Shown in pieces: positions 38,769 to 53,371 of a stretch of DNA of 64,000 bases. Made by a program: the position numbers and the translations under genes. Positions within the stretch are counted from its first letter, which is position 1, and every line of letters starts with the position of its first letter. The notes beneath the pieces are model-generated. The model saw only the letters and a program-made list of their open reading frames with translations. It was not told the origin of the DNA and did not search any database. Origin of the DNA: Octopus vulgaris (Eukaryota); the NCBI GenBank assembly GCA_951406725.2, contig OX597814.1, positions 42,098,001-42,162,000 on the forward strand, read 5' to 3'.

Positions 38769-40330
38769 TATAGATATACATATATATTTATGTGTGTGTT
38801 AGGTGTGTGTGTGAGTGTGATGATAGTTTGGATCAGCTTAACATTACTGAAAATGTCGTATGTTTTGCACACAGACACCTCATCGGGTGTATATAAAAGT
38901 AATTTTAAATGTTTCCAGATATTCTTACCTCAATTCGCCCGTACATGTCATCTGACTGACTGTACATTCATATTTAGCTTTTTTTTTTGCTATGTCCACA
39001 TTTCATTGCATTTTAGTGAACAACAACTTTCAGGTAGCGTAAATTAATGGTGTCAGCTCAGAACTGAGTTTGCGCAACCAACATAAAGTGTATATAATAT
39101 ATACGGCCACTACGGTTCATATATACATCGTTTTTCAATGAAACTCATCTTGGAATAGAATTTTGTGTCCGTGTTATCACCAGCAAATTGCTTGACATTC
39201 AGTAAACATTTCCTAAAACTAATGAAGACAACAAGATAGGTCCTATTCTCTATTGATTCCTAATATGAGCTATTGAATTATATGAGGTCTCCTAGATAGA
39301 TAGAGTTGGCTACCAAAAGCAACGGGTGGGGAGGGATCCCTCCCACTATTCCGCAGTTTCCAGCTGAAGTTGAAAATGGATGTCATAGTTCCTTTCCCTA
39401 CACTTTACAGATAAAACATTTTACTTGTATCTTCATTTAATTTCATTGGTTGTCGTACCCATCTTTTATCTTGCGGTGTCATCTTATGGTGGGATTGAAA
39501 CTCTGAAAACGAAGGGAATTTAAGTGTTGATCAACAAACTGATATTTCGTATTATTTAGTAATTTAAAGATTATTGTGTAAGTCTTAATTTTATAGGTAC
39601 ATGCTTCTCTATGTTGTAACATATAATTTGAAGACCTATAATTTCTTAACGTATCTAGCAAACATTGACATTAAAATGAATGTTAGATGGATATTTTTCC
39701 AGCTTTACAAAGCACCTACCTAAATTTGTGGAAAAATTTATATCGAATAAAAGACATAACCTGATTACTTTTCGCTTTCTACACTCTAGATAACTGGAGA
39801 AATGTTTTATATAATCTTGGTAATTCCTAAAACTATTCTTTCTGGCTATATATCGTTTTAATTGGGATATTTATTACGGGCCAAGTACAACAGGAATATA
39901 TAGTATTCAGGATTCATAACATGACGAATCTGGGAAACTTAGTTCTGCAGCAATTCCCCAGAGTTTCAATTTCTATCATAGTGAAACAGTAGTGGTTCTC
40001 AAATATTCATAAGTATCCAGCAATAGAAGTGTTTAATTCAAATTGTCTACTAAATATTCAAGATATTCATCCGATGGCCTTCTTCTCGAAACTATTTGAC
40101 TAGTTCATTAGAGCTGGTTGCCGGTAGAGTTTGCAACGGTTTTATAACTGTCACGCAAAGTAATTTATAATGCGGCAACAAGAAATCGGTTACTATCCCC
40201 TATGTGAAAAAATTATTTCATGCCATTGAAATTTTAAGTAAGGTGGAGTTGCGATGAACTCTTATTAAATACAACTAACGTCAAGTAAAGGAGTATCAAT
40301 GCTACACTTTTTGCTTGTACATTTACTTAC

Positions 40331-40398
<68 letters not shown>

Positions 40399-41067
40399 TT
40401 ATGCACAAACTACATATGCATGCATATAAGCACACATGCATATATCACCATACACACATGTATACACGCACGCATATATATATATATATATATATGTTTG
40501 TGTGTGTGTGTGAATGTGTGTGCGTATGTGTGCATGTGTGTGTACTTGCGCGTATGTGTTCAGGTATCTCTGTCCCACTACTACTTTTTTATGATCACCT
40601 TCGCATACAATCGAAGCTGCTCCTTTTTATACTAATTGAACATCACAAAATGTGTTCAATTTTTCTTTCTTCTTTTCTTACTATTGATCATGCGTTGTAA
40701 ATATCAGTGATGGATAATGATATTGACTTCTTAAAAAAAATACAAAGATTGCATCATTAAGAGGTATCAAATGCAAGATATTTTATTATCATAAATTTTA
40801 TCCAATGTAAGCTCAAGGCTTTTGAGGTGATTTTGATTTGTTGTAAGGATTTATCGTTTTGCTTCCTGTTTTATTGATTTCTTTCCTGTTTATATTTTAT
40901 TCTTTGAAGCAGTTTATTACAATTTTCCAAAATTATTTTCTTTCAATTTCTCGTGGAAATGCATTAATTTCCACAACTACAACAAGTACTACTGCTGCTA
41001 ACAACGATGATAATAACAATAATAACAGCAAACATGCAACAACAATGGTGATGGTGGTGATGATGAA

Positions 41068-41141
<74 letters not shown>
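41068..41141. repeat. (TAA)n microsatellite
   Basis: Directly visible. Confidence 0.97.
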
Positions 41142-41145
<4 letters not shown>

Positions 41146-42681
41146 GGAATTGGGAAGCAAATATAACAACAATTATAAAACGAAATGAAATTAAAATGAA
41201 AGAGAATGCCGAACATAATTCGGATAAAAAATGTTGTTTAAAGCAATATTTTGTGAGGGTGTAAAATGCGGTTTAATATTGCAGAAGCATGATTTATTAT
41301 CGTGTTTTTCCTGGAGCTGTAACACAATCAGATGAATGTGTATGCATGCTTGTAAACTACTTTACTGCTATGATGTAAAGACTTCAGCTCAGGCAGTGGA
41401 TTGACCTCCTTTCCTTGTGCTTCTCTAATGTATTTAACTATTTATTGTGCATGTTTCTTTACCTTCACTTGTATTTCTTTATGTAATCTCCACCGATCTG
41501 TATTTTATTATATTTATATATTTGTGCGCGCTCGCTCTTTTTGTTTTCTTTTTATTAACATCACATCATACGAATTTTTTTTTTATCCGTTTTCGTTTAT
41601 TCTTTATCATTTTGATGTTATCAAATAATCTGTATTTCATCACCACATCTCATGAATCTCTACAGGAAGCGATGAATTCCCGTTAATTCTCCTCTTTTTC
41701 TTCTATTTCATGGTCCATCTCTTTCGCCATTCTCTCCATCCATTTCTCTTAATTGACACTTCGCTTCTAAATACTGCGCTTTCACCTTTTCCGATCCAAG
41801 TAATATATATCATTTTTGATACTGTATTACTGCATCCCCATTATCCTCCTGTCGCTCTTCTCTCTCCCTCTCTCTCTCTCTCTCTAACACACTATATATT
41901 CATATATGTATGTGTATACATATATATATGTGTGTGTATTTATATATATATATTTATATATATGTATATATATATACATATACATATATGTGTATATATA
42001 TATACATATATATATATGTGTATATATATATATATATATACATGCACACAAAGAAAGCGAGGCTAATATCACTTATGTTTACACGCAAGCAACTATATGC
42101 ACATGCAGACACAGCCACTCACACACACACACACACATACACACATAAACGTGTGTGTATTCATATACGTGCATGAGGGAGACAGTGTGTCCCACTGGTT
42201 TTCCAATAGAACCTCCATTGCACGCTTGAACAGATATCAGTTTGGACTTCCTCCTTTCATGTGCGTCTGTATATTGGATTTACTTTCCCCAAAACTTCGC
42301 AGTTATTGCGTATATTATGTTTTAAACTTCAGAAATGTGCAATCAGTAAGGAAATTAATATTAAATTTCATTTTAACATAAACAAGCAACAAAGCATATA
42401 TGTAAACTTTCTGATATAATGCATTTATTTGCACGAAATATTTTCTTACGGTCATTCTAATGTGAAATATAAACATTTTCCTTGAAGAATCAATTTTTTA
42501 AGTTAACTTTAGAATATGCATCATTATGTACGATTGATTTTTTCTGAATTAATTAGCATATGTATACGGAAAAGAGAAATTATTACGATTTTCTATCGTA
42601 AAGCTGAAACACATAACAAATTTAAGTTCGCCATATTTGCTTTCATTTCCCCACTTTAAAATACACCACCGCAAAAATTAT

Positions 42682-42751
<70 letters not shown>

Positions 42752-43070
42752 TAAGAAAATGGAGGAATATATTTCTTTCAATCATCAACTTCCAGATAAT
42801 ACCAATTCATATAGTTTAATAACTAATTATTTATATTAAATAGGAACATCCAAATCCAACAGAATATTACAGAATAAAACAATATACATCAATAAGTAAG
42901 GTAATACCATAAGGATAATACATATAAAATGGATCTTACAGCTGTTTCAGCCCGTAGATAAGAGTATCTCATTATTCCCATATTAGTCAGATGTATTGGG
43001 TACTTTACTGGCAGTATATTGGATAAATGATATCCCATAGTGGCTTACACTCATAACCCCTATCTCACTT

Positions 43071-43122
<52 letters not shown>

Positions 43123-43661
43123 CTTAGGTTGAAAAATAGCACTCGAGTTGGTGTGTGTGAGAAAAATAGGACAAAGTAGAAAATGCTAAACTAATTTTAT
43201 CATGAAGAACCTTTTAGTACCACTGTCAGACTTTGCGACAATTCCAACTTAGAGTAAAACATATAAAAACAATTAAATTGTTTTCAAATAAATGGGATAC
43301 TTTCCTTTTTTACTGTGTCTCTGTTTTATTTTTGTGGAGGCTCCGTAGGTTGGTAGTAGGAGATCTGAGGAAATATTTTATATTAAATATTTCTTTAGAT
43401 CTGCTACCTACCGTAACTACCTATCGAACCTTCACAAATGAAAAAGAGAGAGAAAGAGAGAGACAGGATCAAGGAAAATATCCTACCTTTTTGAAACACC
43501 TAAAAATATGTTTTTAACATTTCATTTAATTTCTTCACAGTTTAATCGTTTTTCATGCTTTACTCAAAGTTGCAGAAGTCGCAGACTGACAGCGGTTCTA
43601 AAATGTTCTTCCTGATAAAATTATTATAGCGTTTTCTACTTTGTCCCATTTTCTTTTTTCT

Positions 43662-43695
<34 letters not shown>

Positions 43696-43729
43696 CACAC
43701 ATATATACATACATACACACACACACACT

Positions 43730-43792
<63 letters not shown>

Positions 43793-44125
43793 GGTACATA
43801 TATATGGTACATGTGTACATAATATTTCCGTCCACATCTATACGCATGAAAGTGTATGTGTGTTTGTGTATATTTAAATTTTATATCCTTCTGTCTGTCT
43901 TTATCCCCCCAGCAATGCTTAACAATCGGCGTCGGCGTGATAATTAAATCCAGAGCCGCTCCTGGCTATTAGCCTTGTAGGTACAGTCTTTTGTAAGGTT
44001 GTACGGCAGCAAGTGGTTCGTTTGGTAAGCCGGAGTTTAGGTTATATAAGAGAAGAAAATGGATATAATAAGAATAGGAAACTCGTGTTGTACGTTGGTA
44101 TGTCTTTAATTAAATAGGTAACAAA

Positions 44126-44240
44126 GGCGGCGAGCTGGCAGAAACATTAGCAAACCGGGCGAAATGCTTAGCGATATTTCGTCTGCCGTTACGTTCTGAG
44201 ATCAAATTCCGCCGAGGTTGACTTTGCCTTTCATCCTTTA
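44126..44240 (+). mobile_element. SINE family C (Meta-domain-like), 3'-truncated
   Basis: ggcggcgagctggcagaaacattagc...tcaaattccgccgaggttgactttgcctttcatccttt. Confidence 0.85.
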
Positions 44241-45258
44241 GAATTATTTAGGTGCGGATTAGTCGCACCTCAATAATTCACACCCCACGAGTTGTAAAAG
44301 GGAAAAATAACAGTGATAATAATAGTGAGAGACACGAAAGAGGAAAAGACAGACATACCAATGTGTATGCCCGTCTATATGTGAAGTAAAATATAATATA
44401 AAAATAAAAATAAAAATAAAAATTTAACGAATATGTTTTAAAAAATGGTAATAGGTCGAGATAAAGTATACTGTAAACAGGGCCACGTGTCTATAGTAGA
44501 ATATATCGTAACAGGTGTACTAACAGAAAGAAATCATAGAGAGTTAAACTTATGCGTATTAATATTGAAAAAAATATACATATATATATATTACACGAGG
44601 CTAAAAGTGATAGGCAAGGCTGTTTGAAAAAAATACAATATTTATGTAAAAATGTACATACAAGCAGATAAAAACGAAAAAAAAACTTGACGAGGAAATA
44701 CATAGATCACAGACAAGACAGGCCGGCGTTCTCAAGAGAGCTACCTTACTCAAAAACTAGCCCAGGATAGGGGAGGCAACCAGGAAAAAAGTAACAAAAA
44801 CGAATATATGAAGGAGAAAAATATTATAAAATATTATAAAGTGATAGAAAAAATGTTTACACTTAACACATAAGGATATGCAGTCATACACATATACATA
44901 TATACACACACACAATATACACGTATACACACAAAAAACTTTGTATACATTCACACATGTAATGTAAGTGTAAGTGTGAGGGAGGTGTCAAGTAGTTAAT
45001 GAATTAAAATAAAGAAGTACGTATACATATAAGCGTATGTAAGTATATATACATATAGACACATACACAGACATATACATATGTTATTTATCAATACGCA
45101 AAGACATGCATATACAGACAAAAGAAGTATACATAGATAGACACCTACATATACTCGAATATACACAAGTAGATAGACATAAAATACATTCATGCGTAAA
45201 CACAAAAACATACAAGTACACACATGCATAAATACCCACATGTGAATACACATATATT

Positions 45259-45304
<46 letters not shown>

Positions 45305-45559
45305 CGTGCATAAATAACCATACGTACGCAAAATACACACACCTAAATATACATATGTATCTCTATACACACTCATATAGATACATATATAGACACACGT
45401 ACATATCAAAAACGAGCTCAATCGCATAAACATGCCTACAAATGCACACGTACGTACATGCAAACACAGAGAGAAGACGTACATACACATAACCTAAGTG
45501 TGAAATAAGAACTAATAGGAAAATGAAAAAGCGTTAATCAATAAGACTATATAAGACTA

Positions 45560-46398
45560 ACGAAAAGAAATTTGGACATATCTTTACGAGAGAAAATTCT
45601 TTCATCTCTCGAATTTAAGTTAGAAACGTTCATTTTCATAATTATATAAGACTCCTCAAGGCATAAAGGACACTTTCTATTTCTAATCCTATAAGAGTAG
45701 AAACTGAGAAATTTATGTTGTCTCTTTTAAGTTGCCATACCTTTTTAGATAAACTAGTTATAATCCTTTCCGTAGATCATTAAAATCTGATTTATGATTA
45801 TTCATATGTAACTTAAGAGGAGTCTTTTTGCAACCTATATAAAGAAACATAGAGAGATCATGTGTTGTAATAGTAGCTTTCTTTACACCAGTTTTCATTT
45901 TACAATTACCATTAACCTCACAGGTACTAATATTATACGTACTATTGTTATGTATATGTGTGTTGAGAGTTGAAGTGTTTCTGTGAGTATAGGAATCGTT
46001 AATATAAGATACAGAGCTATTTGAATAATTGGGGTTAGTATCAGTATTAGAGGAGGTAACATTTTTGCAGTAAATATTTTGTGTTTTTTTATTATTAAAG
46101 GAAGAAATAATCCTAAATAAGTTAGGAGAAACAGAAAAATCAAACCTAATTTTTCTGTTATTGAATATCCCATCATACCTAAATTTACTAAAACTTGATT
46201 TTATAACAGAACTAAAAGACTTTATAAAATTAGACTTCAAATGCTTAGGAAAAGGCAATATGATCAAAAATACGTTATTATTGTGTTTTCTTAGTGGTAT
46301 GTTGGTTTTTATAGACGGGTCACCCATTCGAATAGAAGGTATAGGTTTTTTTACGTCTCGTATTAACACCATTACTAACATTGCTATTCGTTTTCTTA

Positions 46399-46481
<83 letters not shown>

Positions 46482-47060
46482 GTTGTTGTTGTTATTATTA
46501 CCAACATTATTATTATTAGGAACATACTGGATACCATTAAACTAGGTTATATAGTTGTGTGGGAAATTAAAAGTATGTGAAGAAATAAGAAAATTTTTTG
46601 GTTAAAACACTTAGTTTCGTGTTACTATTTCCTGCTATGTTAATGTTTTTCGCATAATGACTGCCTGTGACATTAAAATTGTTTATCTGTTTAGAAATAT
46701 ATGTATTGGTAGAAATCTGGTTTGTAAAAATCTGGTTATTTGGTCCATAGTTGTTATTTTTGTCTCTTTTACGGTGGAGTTATCTTCACAAATATACTTC
46801 ATAGAGTTAATTTGTGTGACAGGGTGTTTTAATTCATGATGGTGCTTAGAACTTGTGGTGTGTTAATTGAAATTCATATCCATATATCTGTTGATATGAT
46901 TAGAAATTTCATTGTTAAATTTGTTGTACTTAAGTTGACATTTATAACGGGTATTACTAAGAGCAAGATTGTAATAGTCTTTTTTTCTGATTGTCTTCCC
47001 TACCCCGGGCTAGTTTTTGAGTAAGGTAACTCTCATGAATAAACAGGCCAGTCTTGTCCG
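45560..47060 (-). mobile_element. Penelope-like element remnant with a GIY-YIG domain
   Basis: ORF 45758-46537 contains IFNNRKIRFDFSVSPNLFRIISSFNNK and CEVNGNC...KATITT...YIGCKKTPLKLHMNNHKSDF, followed by TSLSKKVWQLK. This is a typical PLE linker plus GIY-YIG. The poly-I part is a TAA repeat. Confidence 0.85.
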
Positions 47061-47530
47061 TCATCGATATTCTTTCCATGTTGCTTGTAAATATCCGATT
47101 TTTCCCTATTACCCTTTTTCTATTCTGCTTCCTTGTATCTAATTTTTATTTACTTTATTTTATTAAAACTTTTTGATGTCCTTCCAAAAATTCTCAAATC
47201 TGATAACAATGACAATGCATACGATCAATTATAATTACTATGATTATGATTTCCTCTTACGTATTTGTATTGTTCTTTGATACGCACGTAAGTAATGAGT
47301 CCAACTTTGTATTAAATCTAATTTTGATGCAACATCGTTTTCTCGTCCATTTTTATATAATTGTTTATGGTGTATTTATACTTATAATGCTATTTTTCAA
47401 CTATCATTTTCATATTCTTATGATATGCTCTGGCTGTTTTTATGAATATGATAAATCTTTATTAGAAATCATTCTTTCCCTATTTTTCGACCTCTCAAAA
47501 AGTTTTAATTGTTATTTTCGGACTTATTTT

Positions 47531-47574
<44 letters not shown>

Positions 47575-47578
<4 letters not shown>

Positions 47579-47874
47579 TGTGATTGACCAGGCTATCAGA
47601 TGTTGTTACACATCGCTCGTGACAATGCGCTTCGCATTGTTTTTTACCCTTCAAATGACGCCACCCCGCTGGCTAAGCGAGCAGGCTAACAGAAGAAAGC
47701 GTGAGAGAAAGTTGTGGCGAAAGAGTACAGCAGGGCTCGCCACCATCCCCTGCCGGAGCCTCGTGGAGCTTTACGTATTTCGCTCAATAAACACTCACAA
47801 CGCCCGGTCTGAGAATCGAAACCGCGATCCTATGACTGCAAGTCCGCTGCCTTAACTACTGGGCCATTGCGACT

Positions 47875-47876
<2 letters not shown>
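47575..47876 (-). mobile_element. SINE family B
   Basis: Close homologue of 11605-11897 (gcaatggcccagtagttaaggcagcggacttgcagtcataggatcgcggtttcgattc on the minus strand). Confidence 0.9.
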
Positions 47877-47918
<42 letters not shown>

Positions 47919-47933
47919 ATATTCATATATATG

Positions 47934-47968
<35 letters not shown>

Positions 47969-48464
47969 ATTTATGTATGTATGTAGGCAGGTATGCATGT
48001 ATGTATGTATGTATATATGTAAACGAAATCTCTCGGGAGACGTATATGTGAGCAGGAAAAGAAAATCTAATATTTACATATCGGTATAGTTGCTCATAAT
48101 TTACTCAGAGTTACATCCTTAATTTCACAGCCAGGTTATATATACCAGTCAGGCTTGATAGACATATTGTATAAATGTATATAAATATTTGTATACATAT
48201 AATATTATACAAATTTTCTCGGCGTAATATAACGCTGTGAATTTAACGAGGCATCTTGGAGTAAGTGATGAAACATCTGCAAACATGAGAAAACACGAAA
48301 TATAATGAGTTTCATATACTTGTTCCTTTGCTTTATATATACCCCACAGTGGAAATATATTCCGGTAAATATATCCTGAATATTCAGATGCCTAGCCATA
48401 GAATTTAGATCATAATTTCATTTCTGTATGATCTCATCTCTTCAGGTGTAATGTTCATCCTTCG

Positions 48465-48644
48465 ATACACTTCATTTATCAAAACATTCTTCTACTATAG
48501 GCTAAGATGTTTATTTATTGAAACGTTGGATCTTGAAGCAGGGCAGCCGCAAAATACACTTCATTTATCAAAGCATTCTTCTACTATAAGCTAAGATGTT
48601 TATTTATTGAAACGTTGGATCTTGAAGCAGGGCAGCCGCAAAAT
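48465..48644. repeat. 89-bp tandem duplication
   Basis: atacacttcatttatc...gcagggcagccgcaaa occurs twice, with two mismatches. Confidence 0.95.
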
Positions 48645-49562
48645 GTTAGCATGTTCATATTGGGTTTAAAATGTTTTGGATAGAGAAGTCGAAGGCTGTT
48701 CGTGAGAAACGGATCTACGTCACCTGTAAACATGATATACGTTTACTGTTGGAGCAAAGAAATTTTTCGAAATCATCTATCCATTTCATATTCTTCATCC
48801 TTACCGGTGAGTATCGCATGTTTTCGATAGCATAAGACTTATTTATAATCTTCAAACAATGTAGAATAATTTCTTTTTCGTTTTTTCTTTTTTTTTAATG
48901 GTTGAAATCGTAGCAAATAACGTTATAAATAGTAGCATATGAATATTTAGTTAGAAAACCCTTCGGAAAAGAAATGTGGAAGACTGTCAGTTAAAGGTAA
49001 TAAGATTATGATGTTATTAGGAACAGTTGTAAATTGTTCGTGACCGTCATCTTCATGCCTTTCTTGGGCAAAGTTCTTTATTTGTGTGAAATCGCCCTTG
49101 CTAAGCAAATTGGTCAGTGACCTTAACTCAGTCTTTCCTTATCTTATTATATTTTTAGACAAATCAAATGACTACAGTTCTCATCAAGATAGGATAACTT
49201 TCATTATGGTATATGTTTAATGCTAAGAACAGCCTGTATTTTGCTTGTGTTTGTGATTTCATTCATCTCAATAGCATATTAAATATAACATCACATATAG
49301 TAAATTGTACAGAAAATTAACCAAGGATGTTTTCTAGTAAACGTTATATTTTCTTAATATCCGTATGTATGCTTGTTTGTCTAAGGTCACGCTTCGCAGT
49401 CTAACCCTTATCTAAACGATAAATTCTTCTAAATATTTGCCGTTATGTGTGGATGTATGAATATTTATGCGTGTACTTGTGTCTCTGTAGAGGCATTAAT
49501 GTATCAAACATATTCATATTCCCCCATATACATGCATATAGGCATATGCCTATATGAATATG

Positions 49563-49612
<50 letters not shown>

Positions 49613-49647
49613 TGTTCATCTATATGTGTATGTCTTTGTATATATAG

Positions 49648-49679
<32 letters not shown>

Positions 49680-50408
49680 TTATAATGGTATATACATTTA
49701 TGTGTTTCATTATAGGTATGTTTCTGTATGTGTGTGATGGTTAGGTTATGCTTACGTAGATTTATATCATATCTTATACTCAGATAGATGTATATTAATT
49801 TCCGGGAATTTTATTTATTTATTTTTTCATTTCATTCTCAATTATTTCCCGCTGGCTATATTCGGAAAATGCTTTCATATAATTTAGAATAGTATTTATA
49901 AAGAATATTTTAACATATTTATCTAACTTGAATCTTGTAGGAAAATGTTGCAGGCTAGTAAAGATATTTCTTTTATATCATTTTTTTTGCAATATTAATT
50001 TTGCAATTTGCTATCTGATATGACACAGATATGAAAGAAAATTTCAAGAAAAAAAATGTACGTGTGTTTTGAAAATATTCCATTGAGGAGAAAATGAAAC
50101 TAAATATGTGTTCCACTCATATATTTCCCACATTTGGTTTCTGAATTGCATTCAAATTGATTGCGTATACCATCTTCTTAAAGAGAGTATTCTATTTTTT
50201 AAAAGATATGAATATGTTAACACTATACATGCGTTGTACATTTAAATTTTTTCGTACTCAGCTATGTTTTTATCACAGAAACATAACTGTATACTGTTCT
50301 ATATTATAAGAGTTTTGCGTGGAAAACTTTGATACATAAGTGAATATAAATAGAAAAGTATATTTATTTATCTTTTTACATACCTGCAAAATTATCCATC
50401 ACTTTCCC

Positions 50409-50480
<72 letters not shown>

Positions 50481-50534
50481 ATGCGTGTGTGTATACATAC
50501 TTATATATATATGTATATATATATATATATATAT

Positions 50535-50577
<43 letters not shown>

Positions 50578-50851
50578 TAGATATATATAGATATGTGTGT
50601 GTGTGTGTGTGTGTATATAAATATATATATATGGGTGTGTGTATAATATATAATGGTGTCATTGAGACCCAAAGGTTTCAGGTAGTGCTCAATAAGTGCT
50701 ATAGACAGATCGTAGTCAAGTTCCAGATTCGGTAATATTGCGAATATAGGGTTCAACATTGGTTCTATGTCAGCATGTATATGTAAGAGTTTTTTCCGTA
50801 ATAAGATAATAACCAAGGCTGTATAGATATTAGAGTATTTATAGATAGAAT

Positions 50852-50903
50852 GTCTTACAGCTTTTTCTAGGTTATTAATTAATAATATCCCTCCGTCGGA
50901 GAC
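50852..50903 (-). ncRNA. Decayed type I hammerhead-like motif
   Basis: Minus strand gtct-CCGACGG-agggatatt...aataacct-a-GAAA-aagctg-TA-agac. Stem I gtct/agac is retained; the core and stem III are mutated. Confidence 0.5.
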
Positions 50904-52054
50904 GGTGTGAGAGTAAAATTATGTCATAGTTAGTTTAGATGTGATACAAAATAGAGTGTGATGTGGAGGAAAGAAAATATATATAAGATATGTATGGGTA
51001 TTGAAGTTGTAAATCCGTTTTATAGGCATAATGGTATATATGCAATATTCCTGATATCCTTTGAGTAAAATCCAAAAGTCCAAGAGAGTTTAATATGAAT
51101 CCTTCCAAATATAGAGGTTATAAGCAATGTTAGATTCCCTTGTGAGTGAGATCCAGCGGATTTTTAAGCTTGGTCATTTCCAGTAGGTAATTTATATACC
51201 TTGTTGCAGAGTGAAAGGTTTGTATTTAAAATGACTTACAAATAGGGAGTGTATTAGCAAGGTTAAATTGATAACAGGAAGAGAGGAATGAAATAAAGAG
51301 AAAAAAGTAAGAGAAAAGAGACGAGAGAAGGAAAAAATGAAAGAGAATGGACAGAGAAGATTAGTAAAAATAACAAAATAATAGAAAAATAAAAAATAAA
51401 GAATAAAAAACCCGAATCTAGGAGTAAAAGGAATAAAGAAAAAAGAAAAAGAAGAAAAATTAAGATATGAATCAGTCAGGGGTCAGTGGAGATAATTTGC
51501 AAGTATGAGTGAGGATAGTGAGCCGAAGGTATAATAGTGTTAAAGATACAGAAATGGGGGGAGGGTTAAGAGGTAAAGGAATAACCAATATGTAGTAGTA
51601 GAGTCTAATTGTGGGGCAAAGATATGAAGAATTAAGGAAATAGCAGTTCAGTGCTTAGTAATCTATATGTGAAGATGAATATACATGTATATATCAGATA
51701 AGTTACATATACAATCCTTATTCGCATGCCTTTGCACTCATACACGGTCACTTATACGCTCATCTGCATGTATCATCGCCCCTGCATATGCAGGCATATA
51801 TACCTTGCATATGTACGTATGTTTACATATACTCACATGCATGCATATACGCATACCCTCACTCGTACATATATACGCGCGCATGGGTGTGTGCACACAC
51901 ATACGAATATAATCAGATGGTTGCATATGTGAGAAAGTAAACAGAGATTATGAGTTAGAGTGCAAATTTATAGGCTATTGGTATTACCTAAGGTATTACC
52001 TATTGTGCAAATGTTCTGTATATACCCTACATATGCAAATATGCCGTATACTCT

Positions 52055-52215
52055 ATCATGGTCCATACTGGACTCAGGACGTCCCTACCAAGGTCAACGC
52101 TCAATCTGCAAGCTTTGCCTGAAGGAGGCACTCTAAATATTAAAGCCCAACTCTCCAACACTGCTTAATAAACATAACGAGGCACTAAGCACTTGCAACC
52201 ACCGTTTTTATCACA
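52055..52215 (+). mobile_element. PLE GIY-YIG C-terminal fragment
   Basis: WSILDSGRPYQGQRSICKLCLKEAL*ILKPNSPTLLNKHNEALSTCNHR matches the WxI...Y...CxLCLxE...LLN..E..xxCxH tail of PLE endonucleases. Confidence 0.75.
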
Positions 52216-52269
52216 CATATAAATTCTACCACAAATCCAAACGCCAGAATGATCATATAGTACTAAAAG

Positions 52270-52640
52270 ATATGTTACTCTCTCGGAAATGCGTCCCGTA
52301 TTTTTTCTAAACGCATTAACATAAGATTGGTACAATCCACACAGACACACAGACAGATATACGATTTGGAAATTACATATGAATGAATTCTTGCTAGAAA
52401 ATCCAACACCGGTTCTCTACGCTGACCCTCAGGGAAGGCTTCTCCAAAAGATCGTATATGCATAACTAGAGTCATATATATGATCCTCACCAGAGAGACG
52501 AGTTTCTAAGGGCGCAACAATAAGAAAGGAGTATATACATATGTCTGTGCTCGACTTTCAGTGCAATGTATGCCAGAAGGTCTCATGCTCTAACCGAGGC
52601 TTCAAAAGACATTTCAAGATCTACGAAGATCAGAACATAA
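52270..52640 (+). mobile_element. Possible RTE LINE 3' remnant
   Basis: Terminal zinc-finger-like FQCNVCQKVSCSNRGFKRHFKI near 52556-52622. The rest is heavily decayed. Confidence 0.4.
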
Positions 52641-52789
52641 CTGCAAATCTTGCTTGTCCAACTCGGATACGCAATCTATAAGAGTCTCTTTTCAAAATAT
52701 TGACTAGTTTGGAAAGCCACATCACAGCCCATGATGGTTCTAAGGTGTAAAATCTCTGAATAAGGAATAGACAACCACCGTATATATAT

Positions 52790-52841
52790 ATAAATTATAT
52801 TAGAGATAAAACCACTATTTGGCAATTTATCACTAACATAA

Positions 52842-52887
<46 letters not shown>

Positions 52888-53371
52888 ACACATTAACAAC
52901 TGAGGATAAAATCTTTAAAAGAAATTATCAGTAGTCAGCGTGAAAAACCTCGTAAGAGAAAAAATCCGTAGATTCTTCCTCTTTGAAAATATTCATTTAT
53001 ATTATATTGAGGGTACTACTATAGTACCCTCAATATAATATTTATATATATAATAGAAATATTAAAATTACTAAGTCTCTCTAAAAGAGATTACGGCAGC
53101 GTTACTGGAAATTAATTGTTATCGCCATATTAATATGGCAGTCTTATAGATATAAGACTAAAGCTGTCGTTGATTATCCTCATGAGGCCATCACCTTAAG
53201 CTAGCTATTTGACACACAAACTGTATTCATTATAACCTTCGAACAAGGGAGGTCAGTCGCTTCACACTGCCAGTCAGACAGCTACAGACGCGTTTCAGGG
53301 TATTTGCCCTTTGTCAATGTAGCGTAGTCAGACCCAGTCGGTGTCGCCGCTGATCCTCCATTTTCTTATTT

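Noticed and set aside
52556-52622. C2H2 zinc finger as part of a host ZNF gene
   Set aside because: A single incomplete finger with no linker array, in decayed sequence. It is better explained as a LINE C-terminus.
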